Below, in pieces: positions 41,215-55,925 of a DNA stretch of 64,000 bases. The stretch is from the NCBI GenBank assembly GCA_951406725.2, contig OX597819.1:45260001-45324000 (forward strand), read 5' to 3'. Under the pieces are notes generated by a model. That model searched no databases, was not told the origin of the DNA, and saw only the letters and a list, made by a program, of their open reading frames with translations. This stretch comes from Octopus vulgaris. Its lineage: Eukaryota. A program made the position numbers and the translations under genes. Numbering within the stretch: position 1 is the first letter of the stretch; the number at the start of each line of letters is the position of its first letter.

Positions 41215-41230
41215 CAGCCAAGTCACTCTA
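41215..41230 (-). other. Candidate 16-nt (or 13-nt) micro-exon
   Basis: gaattgtttcag|TAGAGTGACTTGGCTG|gtgagt. Confidence 0.3.
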
Positions 41231-41919
41231 CTGAAACAATTCAAATCTGACAATTGATCGTTTATAAAGATTGTTTAAATTTATTAGAGAAAGGTATAAT
41301 CGATTGGTTTGAACCCCTGTACTGATGTTGTAAGATCTTGGAGAAGATGAAAGGCAACAACATGAATCTCTCTCGCTGAACCCTTTTGTTGTCGTTATTC
41401 AATAATTTCGTACTAAAGTCTTTACAATCTTCTTAAATATCTTCGCCGCTTCTCTCTTCGTCCCACTTTCTCATATTGTTATAAATCAACAAATATATAA
41501 TGAGAAATATATTCGATGTGATCGATCCCAACTCTTAATTCAGAAACGTCTTATGGCTGAACGAATCAGTTATAACTCATGGGATTTGAAATATAAACGC
41601 TGTGGTTTGAAATTATATACAAGCCGTTTAGGTACTCCGTGCTATCATTTTGTCTCAACAACTTCAAATGGAACTGGCACAGTGGTTAGAATGAGAGTGT
41701 CTAACAGTTGGATTTAGTGCGTGGCAATGTTCAGTTTGGTCCTGACTCAGTTTTATAAATATATAAGAATAATTATTACAAGCGGGACCCGTGGAAATAC
41801 TTCTGTGTAGGTCAACATATTCGAAAACATTGTATTGATATACAAAACGCAAGCAAGGAATTTCATAACATTGCTTTGAAATCCTAACATCCACAGCTAT
41901 TTGGTAAGGTTGTTTCCCT

Positions 41920-41961
<42 letters not shown>

Positions 41962-41974
41962 ATCTGTCTATCTG

Positions 41975-42109
<135 letters not shown>

Positions 42110-42781
42110 GTCTATCTACTTATCTATCTACTTATCTATCTATTTATCTATCTATCTGTCTGTCTGTCTGTCAGTCTGTCTATCTATCTATTCTCAGGAT
42201 TGTGTTACACATTTTTTCGCCCTTATTTATCATTTAATTAATACATATACGCAATTATTAGTAACTAGTTTAAAAAATTGGTACTTTTACTCTGCTTGTT
42301 CTGTACGTAAAGTTGTGGCAATTTCTCGAAGGATTGCAATTTGCTATTCTGCATTGAGGCATCCCAATTTAATTTATCTTAGTCTTGTAAGAGTTTTAAA
42401 TAAAGTCCAGAATTTAGATAGTTAGGCGCTGGCAGCTTTAACTTGGACCCTGAAAAAAGTATGTAATAATTCATGTAAAACTTGATAATGAGCCAACAGC
42501 TTATAAGTGTTTATTTACTTTAATTCGTTGAGTTAATCGCTAAATGAGAATTCAGTATATAACAAATATTATGATGTCTGCTTTAAAGTCCGACGTAAAC
42601 CAAGCGATTTACAGGTGCACCTCAATTAGTCAGCTTACATGTATAGTTGTATCCGGTGTAGTCGGAAGGTCAAAATTTCACTTGTATTATGTTCACTAAA
42701 TCTGAGCTGATCTATTCCCAGTACTTTGATATCAGCAAACATTTATGCTTTCCTTGGTTAGAACAATGAAAAATGCGATAT

Positions 42782-42815
<34 letters not shown>

Positions 42816-42817
42816 GG

Positions 42818-43000
42818 ATCTCATATCAAGATAGACAGCAAGGTCATATGCTGTTTATCTTGATATGAGATCACTATGTCGCGCATACATGGTTGTGATG
42901 CATGTACCTAGTGTACTCTTATCAGATAGGTAGTCATGATGGGTATACTGGGCTTCGCATATTTTACCCCAGTGTCACTTTGATGGCATGCACTCTTTCA
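42818..43000. repeat. Interspersed-repeat fragment with a 24-bp hairpin, between (TAA)n and (CTA)n
   Basis: GATCTCATATCAAGATAGACAGCA-8nt-TGCTGTTTATCTTGATATGAGATC. Confidence 0.55.
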
Positions 43001-43053
<53 letters not shown>

Positions 43054-43082
43054 ATAATAATAATAATAATAATAACAATAAA

Positions 43083-43340
43083 GATGCACCACATGTGCTA
43101 TATAGTTGATGATGCATGCCACTTTGACCTATGAATATTCAAGAAGGAAGGCGAAAAAATACATAAATACAACCCTCTTAAATACGTAATAGCCCGGCTA
43201 TGGAAAATGACGAAGATGAAGATAATGCCAATTATTGTTGGGTCCTTGAGAACTGTATCAGAAATTGGAACAGAGTGCAGATTAGAACTGTTAAAAAAGG
43301 TTTGCCTCCTTGTCACGGCCAGAATAAGCAGGTATTAGAT
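43083..43340 (+). pseudogene. R4/Dong-like non-LTR RLE-domain 3' relic
   Basis: CYIVDDACHFD..KEGEKIHKYNPLKYVIARLW..IMPIIVGSL..LLKKVCLLVTARI; follows (TAA)n. Confidence 0.65.
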
Positions 43341-43432
43341 AGCTGAAAAGAACGGATAGCATGGTACCGTAGGCTGCAAGTAGCAAACACGATGCGCATG
43401 CTGCAGTTGTCGTTGTTGTTGTTGTTATCATC

Positions 43433-44140
<708 letters not shown>

Positions 44141-45116
44141 TGTTGTTGTTGTTATTATTATTAGCGTCAAATCTAAATAATTGATGATAACAATAACATT
44201 AGTGGCAACAAGCGATATTAGCATTAGACAGTTATACAATAAAGTCTTAATTATATTAGAGGATACACGAAGCACCAGCTTGCTATATATAAAAATGTGT
44301 ATTAGAAGCAGCGGTACTGTTGTAAGTATTATCGAGCGCACTTGCTCAATGTAAACATTATCGAGCGCATGTGCTCAATGTACGCGCTCCCCTTGTTCGA
44401 CAGTAGGCTGCGATTTAGTGCGATGAGGAAATATCCCTCAAAGTGGCGAGCTGTCTCGACAGTCTAAACACCCAGTGCTATGAGGGAGTCGTCTCCAAAG
44501 CGCTATGCCGCAACGAATCGGAGAATAAGCAAAACACATACATTAAGTATGTGCGGTCGATAATGTTTGCAACATTATCGCTGCTTCTAATTCTTATTTG
44601 AAGTTAACCGTACGGTACATCGTCGTAGCACACCAGCGAATGGTTTTCACTTTATATGTATATAGTCATAGACAGGCGAGATTCAGTTCGCCTCCGATTC
44701 AATACAGATATGTAATGTTGATAAGCCACAAAAACGGCGATATATAGATATCCATCACTCTTGTATGGGATTTGAGGCGAGTTGTCTCGCCTGTCTATGA
44801 AGTTGAGGTGCTTTAACAATCAACGCTTTGAAGGAGCCATCCCCATCGCGCTAAACCACAGCCTGCCGACATACAAGCAGAACATAACATATATTGAGTA
44901 TGTGCGGTCGATAAAGTTTGTGTGTGTGCGCGTGTGTGTATAAGAATGTTTTAAACCCCAAAGCATCGTTATTGAGCAAGTTAGTCGAAATTTTAAAGGT
45001 GGGAATGGATGGTCAGTTCGCACTTAGTTGAAGCTTCTCTGACTTTAATTACAACACGATATGTCGAGATATATTTAAAAAATACTGACATGTGATACTT
45101 CTCAGATATAATAATA

Positions 45117-45370
45117 TATTTCTTTACTACCCAGAAGGGGCTAAACACAGAGTGGACAAACAAGGACAGACTGACGGATTAAGTCAATTACATCGACTCC
45201 AGTGCGTAACTGGTACTTAATTTATCGACCACGAAAGGATGAAAGGCAAAGTCGACCACGAAAGGATGAAAGGCAAAGTCGACCTCGGCGGAATTTGAAC
45301 CCAGAACGTAACGGCAGACGAAATACGGCTACGCATTTCGCCCGGCGTGCTAACGTTTCTGCCAGTTCGC
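45117..45370 (-). mobile_element. Family-A SINE with internal 27-bp duplication
   Basis: TCGACCACGAAAGGATGAAAGGCAAAG occurs twice. Confidence 0.85.
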
Positions 45371-46178
45371 ATAATAACCCAAGTCGTTCCTACAGCAGTC
45401 TTCAACTCCGCCTAACTGATGGGAGACAAGTTCATTTGTTTTCACAATACTCTATAGAATCTCTAATTCAGGTTACATGAGTTATTTGGTTGGAAATGCT
45501 GGTTTATATGAGAGTCGGAGAACCAAAAGACAGTAATTGTTTTCGTTTTGGTATAGTGTGAAGGTTTCTAATCTAAATGGGACTGAAAATTCACATCAAT
45601 AAAATGCCTGACATATGACAAGTATGGAGTGCTTCAATATTTTAAATAGACACTGCGTTGATTGTCACCCTGTAGAAATAAAGTTATTTACTACATGCAT
45701 ATGACAAAGAATCACAGACCGTCACTCATCGCCCTAATTGAGGTTAGATTTCGAAAAGCAGGGTTACAAAATTTGAAGTACAACTGAAGAGATAAATAAC
45801 TGCAGCTGTAAGTCACCAGTGTAAATTACTGATTATCGGTGAAGATTATGGATCTTCAACCGTAAGGCAATTTCTGGTGATTTATCATGTGAACAAGAAG
45901 TGGAAAATATCCAACATTGTAATAGACCTGATTGAAAAGTTTATTGTTCTCAAAGCAAGTGGACACTGTGGCCTTCTTGCCAAACTCACAACAGACAATA
46001 CTTATTTTTCATACTGCTCCACATACTCGAAAATATGTTCTTTTTCTATCACTCCAACCTCTTTAATTAGACAATTACAAAGCCCGTTCTCTTAAATCTG
46101 TATGTTGTTCCATACTTATGAAGCGCCTGTCAAATGAATTTAGTCTTTGAAGACTACTACATTAGTTCCTTAAGATGT

Positions 46179-46390
46179 CATGGCAGAAAGGTTAACGAGC
46201 CGGGCAAAATGTTTAGTGGTATTTCGTCTCCCGTTACGTTCTGAGTTCAATTTCCGCCGAGGTCGACTTTGCTGGGTCGATAAATTAAGCACCAGTTACG
46301 TACTGGGTTCGATGTAATATACTTAATCCCTTTGTCTGTCCTTGTTTGACCCTTCTATGTTTAGTCCCTTGTGGGCAGTAAAGAAATAAG
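46179..46390 (+). mobile_element. Family-A SINE
   Basis: TGGCAGAAAGGTTAAC...GAGTTCAATTTCCGCCGAGGTCGAC...GGGCAGTAAAGAAATA. Confidence 0.82.
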
Positions 46391-47561
46391 ATTCTTTGAA
46401 ATTTGAAGAGACATCCTCACTAAAAACTGAAGTCATAAATTGTGATCAGTTTTAATGTCTATGTCACGAAGACACTGGAAATGATTTTAGAATGTAAGGC
46501 TTCAGAAGAAAATTAGGTTATACAGGAACTACTTTCTTTGGTTCTTGATCTGACTAATACTGTTGTCAATAATGAATGAAGACAATCTTGTAGAATAGAT
46601 GACTGTAGATGACTCTGTAGCTACTGTTCATCACAATATTGGCTCAGAAATAGACAGCAGATGATTGTCAGTCTCGAGAAAGGAAAAAAGGGAAGATAGC
46701 AGCAATGAAAATGAGAAAACTGTAGTAGAAAAGAATCTCTATTGATAAGTTTGTACAGTTGACAGGTGAAGTGCTAAAGGGTCTAGAGCAATGCAGTTTT
46801 ATAAATGAACAAGAAAGATTGAAGGTTTTCATGCTGCAGGATAAATTAATCAGAATAAGACTAAAATATATCGAGCAGCTGAATTTGCATACGTTAAAAA
46901 TAAGCAGCTAAAACCCGCTCAGCGGAAGAATAGACATTTCAGAATACAGTGCTTCTCAACCAAATGAGTTAACACTGTTTCTGGAGAACATATTGTGTCA
47001 ATTTCATAACCAGTTCCAAATGTCTTGGATACATTTCGTGGTGAAAGTGATGATTCCGAAGCAGAAACTTCCTTATACGTAACTCATTAATCATGCAGTT
47101 CCATTTTGCTTCTAATTTAATGTTTTCTGTTTCTGTTATTAAGGTTTTTAATCATTTAAGGGTATTTTTTGAGGGTATGCTGAAGTGGTTAATTGTTGGG
47201 TGAGATATATGTTCTTGTTGAACGACCGGTTCTCCGTCAGAGTCACAAATCCAGCAGTTCGATTCTCTCTCAATGATGCCGAATTAGTAAACTCTGTCTG
47301 TCTGTCTGTCTGTCTGTCTGTATGTATGTATGTATGTATGTATGTATGTATGTATGTATGCATGTATATATATGTATATATGTATGTATGTATCTATCTA
47401 TCTATATAGGTACATACATATGCATACATACATGCATACATGCATAAATACATACATGTATGCATACACGCATACATACATACACACATGCATACATACA
47501 TACATACATAAATACATATATACATACGAACTTTACTAATATATATATATATAGATATAGC

Positions 47562-47643
<82 letters not shown>

Positions 47644-47866
47644 CATACATACATACATACATACATACATACATACATACATACATACATGCATATATAC
47701 GACTGAGATCAGAACCGCTCCCAGTCCCCTACTGGCGCGAGCCGTATGATGACGCTGCAAGTACCGGTCACACCCGCTTGGCGTCTGTGTTCGCTGATTG
47801 CCTGCTGGCTCTCAGTGACGACGCTTCGACTAAGAGCTGGAACGAAATCGAGAGACGTGTCGAGAA

Positions 47867-47921
<55 letters not shown>

Positions 47922-47939
47922 CATACATATATATATATA

Positions 47940-48230
47940 TAACGGGAAGCTTTATGAAAATAGACAAAAGACGAAGGCAGGTGGAAAACAAACAAACAAT
48001 TGTATTAGTATGGCGCTCAGGAAATATAAATAAAACAAGTCTTTAACGTTTCGAGCCTACGCTCTTCAACAGAAAGATACACAGAGAGAAAAAAACACAG
48101 AAAGAAGGAGAGAAAAAAAATGCGTGCAGTAACTAACGAACCAACATGGCGATCTGATTTCGGCCAGAAGTCAAAGATCAAACATGAGACGCGAGAGCGA
48201 AATTAGGGGAGATAATAGGGTTGAGTGACC
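47940..48230 (-). mobile_element. Putative PLE-type 3'-end fragment with HHR-like motif (48040-48077)
   Basis: TCTTT CTGTTGA A GAGC-GTAG-GCTC GAAA CG TT AAAGA; in (TA)n. Confidence 0.6.
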
Positions 48231-48231
48231 A

Positions 48232-48279
<48 letters not shown>

Positions 48280-48296
48280 CACACAAACACACACAT

Positions 48297-48354
<58 letters not shown>

Positions 48355-49087
48355 CTCCAGGTCATCAGCTCATCACAGATTCCGCATAAGACATGCCGGC
48401 TCGAAAAATTTCACATTTTTCCGCTTTATTTCTAGCCCCAAATGGCTTATTTTTATATCTGGTACGATGTCTCTCTCCATTTACAAGTTAAGGGTAAAAA
48501 TAAAGCAACCTTGCAAAACACAACTGATTTTGCACACAGACGCGCAGAATAACAGCAATCAAATAACGACACCAGAGTGCGCAACAAACATGTACTTCTG
48601 ACAAGAGATGTCAGTTAGTCTTTTACACCTGCCAGGCTTGTTCGTATTAGCCCGAGTTGCTGGGTAATTGTTTTGTTCCTTTAAGAATATTGTAGAACGG
48701 AAACTTTTCATAGATTGGAATTTAAATCCTAATCTCTAGAGAAATTTTATTTTTTAAAGAATACATTGAATTTGAATTACTTTAAATTTTTACGATGATA
48801 GATAACAGCAGGGGCTGTAACTTTTGAGCCTGAGTCAGGCGCGTGTGAATGATATCGAGACAAGGTCTTCTACGGGTGATTTGTTTTTTGACACAGGGCA
48901 CCTCTAAGACGACCGCCAGACGCCGAAAGAAAATAAATGTACTGCTACCTAGCTAAATAAAAGTAGCCCGGGTTATTTGGCTGAAATTACTTACTTCAAA
49001 TCAGCGTTGGCAGAAATTAAATCAGCTAGCAAATCACGTTCAATTTACTAAATTTATACTTGGGCTAAGCCCGAACAGCCCGAGTGC

Positions 49088-49156
<69 letters not shown>

Positions 49157-49160
<4 letters not shown>

Positions 49161-50426
49161 CATGCAAAAAGTAATTAGACACCTTTAATTTTCAAAATCT
49201 TTTATCTAATACGCAAAGCGAACAATTGAAACGTAATCGATAGGTAAAACTACATACTTTAGTATTCAGTTGACATTCACTTTGCAGTTTTTAATTCAGA
49301 AACTCTTTTTGGGATTGAACTGATGAGCTTTGTGGTTGTCTCTTGTGGAGTTTCTGGCCACTTTTTATGCAACGATCGAAACAGTTCATCTTGAGATTTA
49401 GGTTTCTGTCGAGTTTTTCGTATAGCTCTATCTAGTATGTTCCAAAGATTTTCAATTGGGTTCATGTCAGAAGATTGGCTCGGCCAAGGAAGCTTTTTTA
49501 TCCCATTTTCAGTCAACCATTGTTGATTCCTTTTCACTGTGTGGCATGGAGCCCCATCTTCCATGAATAAAAACTCATTTTTTTGTTATGTTATCGAGTA
49601 TATATATCGGACGTAGTCCTTGCTTAAGTATTTCGATGTATTTTTCAGAGTTTATGGTTCCAACACATTCGATCAGCTCAAAACGATCGTTGCTGGTGAT
49701 AGCTACCCACCACTACAGAAATAACACCATGTTTCACAGTTGGTTGGAATCGTTTGAAATCAAAGTTTTGATTGAGAAACCTCCAGACCCAAACACACCC
49801 GCTGTCTGAAAATAAGGCAAATCTGGATTCATCTGAGAAAATCACTCTATCCCCAAATGAACTAGATTTTTCTGAGATCGCCTTAGCCCATTTTTTCTTT
49901 TCGTGATATTAATTGGTTGAACGAGAGGTTTTCTTCTACCTGCTCGTCCATAATACCCAAGCTTATGCAGATATGTAACACACGCTCTTCGACTAACTTC
50001 TAGCTGTTTTGCACCGTGAGAAGCCTTCGAACGGGGTTCGTTTTTCCACAATTCTCTTCAAACAGCGAAGCTCCCCTTCCGAGGGCCCAGGTCGGCCTGG
50101 ACGAGAATCTGTTGATTCTTTTCTTTGGATTTTGCATTGCACTATAATTCTATTAGCAGTAGCAAGTGGAATTTGAAGATTTTCGGCAATTTTTCGCTGG
50201 CTAAGTCCCGCATCAGATTGCCCAACAATACGACCTCTTTGAAAATCTGACATTTCTGCTGAATTTTTTGTGCGTGCCATGGTTACTTCGCAACTGTTTA
50301 ATATAATGGAACCTGGAATGAAAATGAATAAGTACATTGTAAATTCTACACCACTGAAAGCATATTAAAACGCTTAGATCAGAGACTTTGAAAATTAAAG
50401 ATGTCTATTTACTTCTTGCATGTCTG
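49157..50426 (-). mobile_element. Full-length decayed Tc1 DNA transposon
   Basis: ~40-bp TIRs CAGACATGCAAAAAGTAATTAGACACCTTTAATTTTCAAA, TA flanks. Confidence 0.92.
49277..50280 (-). pseudogene. Tc1 DD34E transposase, frameshifted
   Basis: MARTKNSAEMSDFQRGRIVG..., GRRKPL, FSDESRF, EDGAPCH, WPSQSSDMNPIENLW spread over three ORF pieces. Confidence 0.92.
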
Positions 50427-50535
50427 TATATATACATAAATATACATACATACATGCATGCATGCATACATACATACATACATACATACATACATACATA
50501 CATACATACATAAATGCATACACACACACACACAT

Positions 50536-50586
<51 letters not shown>

Positions 50587-51171
50587 AATTTTCTTAAGAA
50601 ACGCATAAAAAGCGTGGAAATGCTTGAGTCAAACCCGAGACGCTAGACAAGTAAAGATATAGAGAAGTTCAACTCAGGCAGACTACGATTGGTGTATACA
50701 TATACGGGTGTAATATGATAGAATTGTCTAAAGCATATATTGATACATTTAAAATATAAAGATATAGAAATATAAAAATATATATGAATGTTAAAAATAT
50801 GCAAGGACAAATAAATATATAGATATATAAGTATAATAGAGTATAGATAAAAATATAGATAAGAATAAGGAAATATAGAAAGACATTTCTTTTAAAAATT
50901 CAAAATAAATGTATTAAAACCATTTAATACACTTCTAGTGCAAATACTATTTTTTTCTTTTTCCCCTGATGATGGGGGCACTCCTTGGAATTGAATCGTA
51001 AGACTCACATGTACTCTTTGAATGAACTCTAGAAACAATCTTCGGAATACTTCATTTCCGTTAAATATGGTACCAAAAACTCTTTTTAAAAATCTATTAC
51101 TCCCTCTATTCCATATTTTTCACATTCATATATATATGTTTATATTTCTATATCATTATATTGTGAATGTA

Positions 51172-51226
<55 letters not shown>

Positions 51227-51239
51227 GTGGTGGTGGGGA

Positions 51240-51426
51240 GAATTCGCAAAAGCATAAAAGACGAAGACAGGTGGTGTAGACAACAAACAGATGTATTAGT
51301 ATAATGCTCGGGAAGTGAAAAAGTCTTTCACGTTTCGAGCCTTACGCTCTTCCACAGAAAGGAACACAGAAAGAAACAAGGAGAGAAAATAAAGAATGTG
51401 TAGTGGGTAGCGATCTATCATGGCGA

Positions 51427-51430
<4 letters not shown>
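51240..51430 (-). mobile_element. Putative PLE-type 3'-end fragment with HHR-like motif (51324-51362)
   Basis: Homologous to 26198-26370; CTGTGGAAGAGCGTAAGGCTCGAAACGTG; in (TA)n. Confidence 0.6.
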
Positions 51431-51482
<52 letters not shown>

Positions 51483-52241
51483 ATGGTTTTGTTTTCTTTA
51501 TTTTTCTTTTCTTTTTTTTTTCTTTTGGTAAGCTGTGTCCATTTTTACAATTCTGTAAAAGATAATATTTTATAAGCTTAAGGCTTATAAGCGATCACTA
51601 TGTAATGACTACAGAAAATAGTCTAATATTGGGACGTATACTCCCTCGACGGAAAAAAGTAATGTTTCTGTACGCATGGGACCCGAACCCACAGCTCTTT
51701 GCGGGAGGTCTTTGAATTATGAATAACTAGATAGCTGATTGTTGTAGTAACAGCAATAGTAGAATTAGTAGTAGTAGCAGAAGTTGTTATTGCTGTTTTA
51801 TGCCAGTTAGATTCTCATAGACATTCCTCCCACGACTTGTCATCTTTTCCTTGGTCTATTATATTGACCACAATGTTTACGTCTTTTTCAAGACACCAGC
51901 AGTGTAATTTGAGGATAATTAGGCTACCATTTCTTGCGAGCCGGATTACCACGTAGGTGTTTCTTTTTTGTTGATTAACCCCGTAGAAGCCCTAAATTAA
52001 CCCAAATCAATCAAATGTATTTTCAAAGAATACTGGCAATGAACATTCCATGGTTTTTGTATAACCTTGACTATCACATCGTCCTTGAATTTCATGACAG
52101 AACGAGTGTCTTATAAATGGATTTTTGACTGCTATTTCTAGACGGTTGAGAGGTCACTCAGAAGCTTTCTCTATAAACTCTTTAAATAGAGAGTTAGCCA
52201 GATGAATGGGTGTGGTTGGTGGCATTAGAAGTCATACTGAC

Positions 52242-52286
52242 ATCTGCAATATTGGCAACTCAACACCGCCAATCCATTTTATGATC
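52242..52286 (-). other. Candidate 45-nt exon
   Basis: tctcttcatacag|GATCATAAA...GCAGAT|gtcagt; one open frame IIKWIGGVELPILQ. Confidence 0.28.
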
Positions 52287-52916
52287 CTGTATGAAGAGAT
52301 AGCAAGACACGCCAAGCCAAAGGCAAGCCAAGTTTTCGAGATTTTTTTCTTATCGTTGAATGAATGGGTAGAGTGAGTGAGAAAGAAAACAAACAATAAA
52401 AAATAAAATAAAATGTGTTGTTTGTTAATTGTGAGCCACCCAGGCGCTACATGAAACTCTTGCCAATATAGATTGAAAAACATACGGTTATTTGTGTGGA
52501 ACAGGCGAGAAGAAAATACTGAAGAAAAGGAAATACAACGGAAATGAGAGACGGTTGGAGTGAGAAAAAGAGATGGAAAGAGATAGTGAGAGAGAAAACG
52601 AAAGAGAGACAGACACAGAGACAGAGACAGACACAGAGAAAGAGAAAGTAAGAAAGGAAAACAACAGAGTGAGAAATTGGTAAGAGGAAGGAGAAAATGG
52701 AGATTTGAAAATAGAGAGAGAAAGATTAAAGAGAAAGAGAGAGAAAGGGGGGAGAGGTAGAATGAAAGTTAGATTGTGAAAATAAGTAAGCAAAGAGACG
52801 GAGAGTGTTAGAGAGGGAGAGAGAGAGAGAGAGAGGGAGGGTTAGATAAAAGAGAGAAATTAGAGAGAGAGAGCAAAATGTATGCAAGAGTGATAGATAG
52901 ATAGATTGACAGATGG

Positions 52917-52947
<31 letters not shown>

Positions 52948-53859
52948 GATAGAGAGATAGATAATTAGAGAGAGAGGGGAGAGAAATTAAGTGAACGAAG
53001 AGAAGGAAAAAATAAGTGAGAGAGGGAGTGGAGAGAAAGAACAGAAATATACCAGAGATTGGAAGAAGGATAAGTAGAGCAACAGAGAGAGAGAGAGGGG
53101 GGAGGGAAAGAAGAGGAAGAAAGAGAACAGAGAGTTGGAAAGAGAATAATAATATAGATGAGTGAAAAAAAAAGAGCGAGAGGAGTGAGAGAAAGAAAGC
53201 AAGTGCATGTATGTGAGAGGAGGGGTTGGGGTGGGGGGAATACGAGACAAAGAGATGAGAAATATAGGCAAAAATTTTTAGAAAGAATATGATAGGTTTT
53301 TTGTTTGTATGTGTGTATATATTATATATGGTTGTATTAATAGACGGTATGTTTGGATGCTGGTGTGTTTGTGGACATTGTACATAGATGTTTTTGGGAA
53401 TTTTTGTTAAGTGATAATCTCGATATGTATGTGTGTATGTGAGTGTGTATGCGTGTGTGCGTGTGTTTGTGCGGATGGAAGTGCCTGTGTGTGTGTATGT
53501 GTGTTTTTTGTATATCTGATTGATACGTTTTTGCGTGCTGCGACTATGATATTTGTTGATGTCTATTGTATGTGTGTGCGAGTATAATTTTGACTTGGCG
53601 TGATTGTTAGTGTATACACACTATCTACGTATGTCTATCTATACACATAGTGTATGTGTGTGTATGCATGTGTGTGTAAGTATGTATGTGTGTATGTGTG
53701 TATATGTGTGTGTATGTGCTCGCGTGTATGTTTGTGTATGTGTGTGTATATGTGTGTGTATGTTCGCGCGTGTATGTTTGTGTATGCGTGTATGTGTGAA
53801 TGTGTGTGTATGCGTGTGTACGTGTGTGTGTGTGTATGAAATATGTATTAAAATGTGAC

Positions 53860-54160
53860 GGCGTGTGGCTTAGTGGTTAGGACGTTCAGTTCACAAATGT
53901 AAGGTCATGCGTTTGAGTGCTGCCGGAGCGTTGTGCTCTTGAGCAAGACACTTTATTTCATGTTAGTCCAATCCAATCAGCTGGCCAAAACGAGTTGTAC
54001 CCTGTAAGTCAAAGTCGCACTGAATCTCCTAGAAAACTACGTCTTGGGTAAACGTGTTTGCGGAGTGTTCTACCATTTGCACGTTAAAAATTTTACGTGA
54101 TGGCTGTTCCGTTGATGGGATCAAGTGAAACACACATCGTCGCAACCGACGAAGTTCCAT
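53860..54160 (+). mobile_element. Family-E SINE
   Basis: GGCGTGTGGCTTAGTGGTTAGG head, TTGAGCAAGACACTTTATTTCA core. Confidence 0.75.
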
Positions 54161-54735
54161 TTGTGTAAAAAAAAAAACGTAAGTATATACGTGTGTGTTC
54201 AGAAATTTCAGATCGTTGGTTCGCGTCTCTCTTCGAGTGCTGGGAGTCTTATGCGATTGTAGGTTAGAGAGCATGCATTGATATATCCCAACAAACACAC
54301 AAACACGTATATCTGTGTGTGCGTGTGTGTGTGTGTGTGTGTATGTGTGTGTGTGTGCGCGCGCGTGTGTGTGTAAGCCTGTACGTGTGTTTGGTACGCA
54401 CGCTTTCAAGTAAAAAGTACAACTGCAAATAAAAAAAAAACTTCTTTAAGATACATAAACAATAGAGGTGCGGAAGAGAACATGGGAAGTACTACAATGT
54501 TCATGTCTGCCCTAAACATCAACAGGTGCATAGAAGTAGCAAAGTAGCGTATATAACGATAGAAACTGTTGGAAGAAAATAGGGATCAATGTAAGAAGAT
54601 AAACAAAGAATGAAAGGAAAAAATGGTGAAGCGAAAAGAGAAAAGATACAATACTTGCAATAAAGAGAAGAAAGAAATATATAGGTATATAGATGGAGAG
54701 TAAATAAGACGAAATACGTATAACACACACACACC

Positions 54736-54883
<148 letters not shown>

Positions 54884-54902
54884 CAGATATATATTATGTA
54901 TG

Positions 54903-54965
<63 letters not shown>

Positions 54966-54973
54966 CATACATA

Positions 54974-55357
54974 GGCGTAGGAGTGGCTGTGTGGTAAGTA
55001 GCTTGCTTACGAACCACATTGTTCTGGGTTCAATCCCACTGCGTGGTACCTTGGGCAAGTGTCTTCTACTATAGCCTCGGGCCGACCATGGCCTTGTGGT
55101 AGACGGAAACTGAAAGAAGCCCGTCGTATATATGTGTATGTGTATATGTTTGTGTGTCTGTGATTGTCCCCCCAACATCGCTTGATAACCGATGCTGATG
55201 TGTTAACGTCCCCGTAACATAGCGATTCGGCAAAAGAGACCGATAAAATAAGTACTAGGCTTTCAAAGAATAAGTCCTGGGGTCGATTTGCTCGACTAAA
55301 GGGGGTGCTCCAGCATGGCCGCAGTCAAATGACTGAAACAAGTAAAAGAGTAAAAGA

Positions 55358-55358
<1 letters not shown>
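54974..55358 (+). mobile_element. Family-B SINE, near-consensus
   Basis: Complete head-to-tail copy in (TA)n. Confidence 0.9.
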
Positions 55359-55400
<42 letters not shown>

Positions 55401-55925
55401 CAAGTCACAGTATATAGATTCAAGTAATCCTGTAGTAGCGCTCATAAAAAGAGATCCTTAATGTGTCATTGTACAGACCATTTACCAAAAGTAATATACA
55501 AGATAAGGAGAAATTACGATCAACACAAGTTTATATGTTAAGTTCCTACATACGTTCCATCGTTATCGTTGCTCAGAACGTTGCACTGGATGTTCCAAGT
55601 GCATTTAGATGTTTAAACAGAATGGATCATCTGAGAAGACATTATTGCATTATGTTACTGAAAACTAATCTCTAGTAATTCATGACTAGTATTACTACTA
55701 TATTATAATAGTACTACAATAGTTGTTTAGCCACTCTACTGGAAGCAGACTAGACAATGATAATGAACGTGGGGCATTAAACTTGAAAGTACCAGTCTTA
55801 CATCTGTTTGTTCACATAAGATACAAATACAATATCTATATATGCAATTTATGTGACAACCAACTTCCTTTCTATATACTTATACTTTTTATCTACCCAC
55901 TTATCTATCTATTATATTATGTATA

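Noticed and set aside
47808-47855. CTCTCA GTGACGA...GAAA TC GAGAG hammerhead-like pattern
   Set aside because: C3 is changed without compensation, stem II is not closed and there is no stem III
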